A stretch of 63,698 bases of DNA, filler included, from an uncultured Gemmatimonadota bacterium (GTDB lineage: Bacteria; Blakebacterota; Blakebacteria; Blakebacterales; Blakebacteraceae): assembly GCA_964576115.1 (NCBI GenBank). It is 3 parts of 3 records of this genome, joined end to end, with 100 filler letters (N's around TTAATTAATTAA, not from the genome) between each part and the next. Parts side by side here need not be neighbours in the genome. Positions count along the whole stretch, not along the records: positions 51,898 to 63,698 come from CAZNUA010000079.1; 2 more parts are not named here. One strand, given 5' to 3'. A model generated the notes under the pieces. The model ran no database searches. It was given only the letters and a program-made list of their open reading frames with translations, and had not been told where the DNA came from. Positions 62,130-63,698 of the stretch are shown here, in pieces (position 1 is the first letter of the stretch; every line of letters begins with the position of its first letter). A program made the position numbers and the translations under genes.

Positions 62130-63662
62130 TCAGGGTGTGATACCCAGCTCGCCGAGCACCCCTGTGGCGTTCTCGTTGCCGGGATCGAGCTCGAGACTCT
62201 GACGATAGGCGGCGATGGCCCGTTCCCGCTCCCCGGCGGCCAGCAGGGCTTCGCCGAGGCTGTCCCAGGCATTAGCCGAGTCGGGGAAGCGATCGGTGTT
62301 CATTTCGAATAGAGCGATCGCAGCATCGGTGCGATCGGACCGCAGAAGCCGGTAGCCGGCTGCATTCATTTCTTCCTCGACGAAGATCAGGTCTTCGCGG
62401 CGCCCGGTGACGATCCGTTCGAACAGCCGGCGGGCGCTCTCCCGCCCCCGGCTCCCCAGTTCGTACTCGAGAGCCGAGGCCGCCGAGCGCTCGAGAGCTT
62501 CGAGCCGGACCCGGAAGCGGGGCGGCAGTCCCATCTCGAGCCCCTGCCGGAGACGGTCCAGGGCCCGGGGGCGATCGCCGAGTGCCTGATAAGCATCAGC
62601 GAGCCTATAGACCGCATCCAGTGACCAGGGAGCCTGTCGCTCGAGACGCAGCAGGACCTCGACCGCTTCGGTGTAGCGGCCCCTCTCGGCGAGAACGTCG
62701 GCAACGCGCAGCAGGGCCATCCCGGGCACCGGCAGGGAGTAGCCGATCCGTGCGGAAAGATCGTCATACCAGGCGTCCATTTCCTCTGCACCGCCGGTTA
62801 CCATCGCTTCGGTGAATCGATAGCCCCGGAACAGAGCCAGCAGGCCCTCCCGGCACGAGGTGTAATTGCGGTGGGGCTCATAACTCTCGCGGACGAGGCG
62901 GATCCGCTCCCAGTTCAGGTCCCCCCGGTCCGGGGACTCGAGCTGCGACCGGATTAAAGCACGGAAGGGATCTTCACGCCGGCCCGATGCCTCGATCTCG
63001 GTGATGTGCAGGAAGGGCTGCGAACCGCTCTCAGCGGACTCGCGGGCCGAAAACCACTCCGTCACACAATCGTATTCACGCCCCCAGCCCGGCTCGGTCA
63101 CCAGGACGGCATCGAATGTCTGAGGTGAGGTCAGCCAGACCCAGACTCCGAAGAGACCGCAGTCGAAGGTGCCGAGCAGGATCCGGAAGCCATTGGTCCG
63201 GTAGTGCTCATCCACCCAGGGAAGAAGTTCATCCTCCAGAAAGGGGAAAAATTCCTCGGCCCGGATCGGCACCTCGTTCGGCGCGACCGCCCGGGGCAGA
63301 ACTTCATCGTGCCCATGCTGCTCGACACAGACCACGATCAGCGGGGGAATACTGCCGAAACTCGTCAGGGTGCCGATCTGACCGACGAGGCCGGCAAAAT
63401 AGTCCGGATCGGTTCCGAAGAGTTTGATCAGAACCGGATAAGTCGCTCCCGTCTCCTCGTAGTGTTCGGGCAGATACACGTTCACACCGCGCGGCTGACC
63501 GAGAATCCGGGAGGGGACGACATGGCTGTGGCCCAGGACGATCTCCTCCGAACCGCCGCAACCGCAGGCGGCGAACAGGCCGAGGATCAGTCCGGCCCCG
63601 ATAATACCGGTCCTGAACCGGAGCAATCCGGGTACGGGACGGTGTTCTCTCCCCCCGTTCAT
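62130..63662 (-). CDS. Alpha/beta-hydrolase-fold (esterase-like) + TPR exported protein
   Basis: VYLPEHY..YPVL, F..ELLPWVDEHYRT..RILLG; C-terminal TPRs (FPDSANAWDSLGEA..SLELDPGNENA). Confidence 0.8.
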   Translation of the reverse strand: MNGGREHRPVPGLLRFRTGIIGAGLILGLFAACGCGGSEEIVLGHSHVVPSRILGQPRGVNVYLPEHYEETGATYPVLIKLFGTDPDYFAGLVGQIGTLTSFGSIPPLIVVCVEQHGHDEVLPRAVAPNEVPIRAEEFFPFLEDELLPWVDEHYRTNGFRILLGTFDCGLFGVWVWLTSPQTFDAVLVTEPGWGREYDCVTEWFSARESAESGSQPFLHITEIEASGRREDPFRALIRSQLESPDRGDLNWERIRLVRESYEPHRNYTSCREGLLALFRGYRFTEAMVTGGAEEMDAWYDDLSARIGYSLPVPGMALLRVADVLAERGRYTEAVEVLLRLERQAPWSLDAVYRLADAYQALGDRPRALDRLRQGLEMGLPPRFRVRLEALERSAASALEYELGSRGRESARRLFERIVTGRREDLIFVEEEMNAAGYRLLRSDRTDAAIALFEMNTDRFPDSANAWDSLGEALLAAGERERAIAAYRQSLELDPGNENATGVLGELGITP

Positions 63663-63698
63663 CGTGAATGGCTCCTACCGTTGAGCGTGAATGGAACC

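Noticed and set aside
62130-63662. Lasso isopeptidase
   Set aside because: No prolyl-oligopeptidase beta-propeller and no GxSxG serine

Overview
High-GC bacterial sequence, probably a metagenome-type assembly. The gene repertoire (GWxTD proteins, ADOP-type permeases, PadR, STAS/RsbU) suggests an FCB-group or Acidobacteria-like organism, which is inference only. The window is not one molecule: it has two 100-N scaffold gaps (3219-3318, 42585-42684) and two artificial N-TTAATTAATTAA-N contig linkers (20364-20463, 51798-51897), so synteny holds only within blocks. Block 1: three GWxTD-family proteins, trxA, pcm, RidA, Nramp, GAF-PP2C phosphatase, ccmABCD, class V aminotransferase, SerA-like dehydrogenase, STAS protein, HOGA/DapA-like aldolase and sugar ABC genes. 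Block 2: tandem ADOP permeases, a 4-gene ABC-2 transporter, PadR, GH2 beta-galactosidase, an AsnB/GT2/DUF2723-TPR glycosylation locus and a putative sugar-catabolic operon. Block 3: SlyD end, ADOP permease, cyclophilin, a redoxin and a lasso peptide cluster. Two highlights are missed by the ORF track. (1) A lasso RiPP cluster (RRE, B2 peptidase, frameshifted cyclase, HPr-like kinase, nucleotidyltransferase) has an unannotated 54-aa precursor at 59182-59346; its cationic core AKGGTKQDGGAKPSTRSTGRPA lacks the C-terminal Ser that known lasso kinases modify. (2) Two thioredoxin-fold proteins have an in-frame UGA at a redox-Cys position, each followed by a hairpin with a GGUC apical loop resembling a bacterial SECIS. 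These are candidate selenoproteins: an FN3-redoxin lipoprotein and a redoxin ending G-U-G-F.
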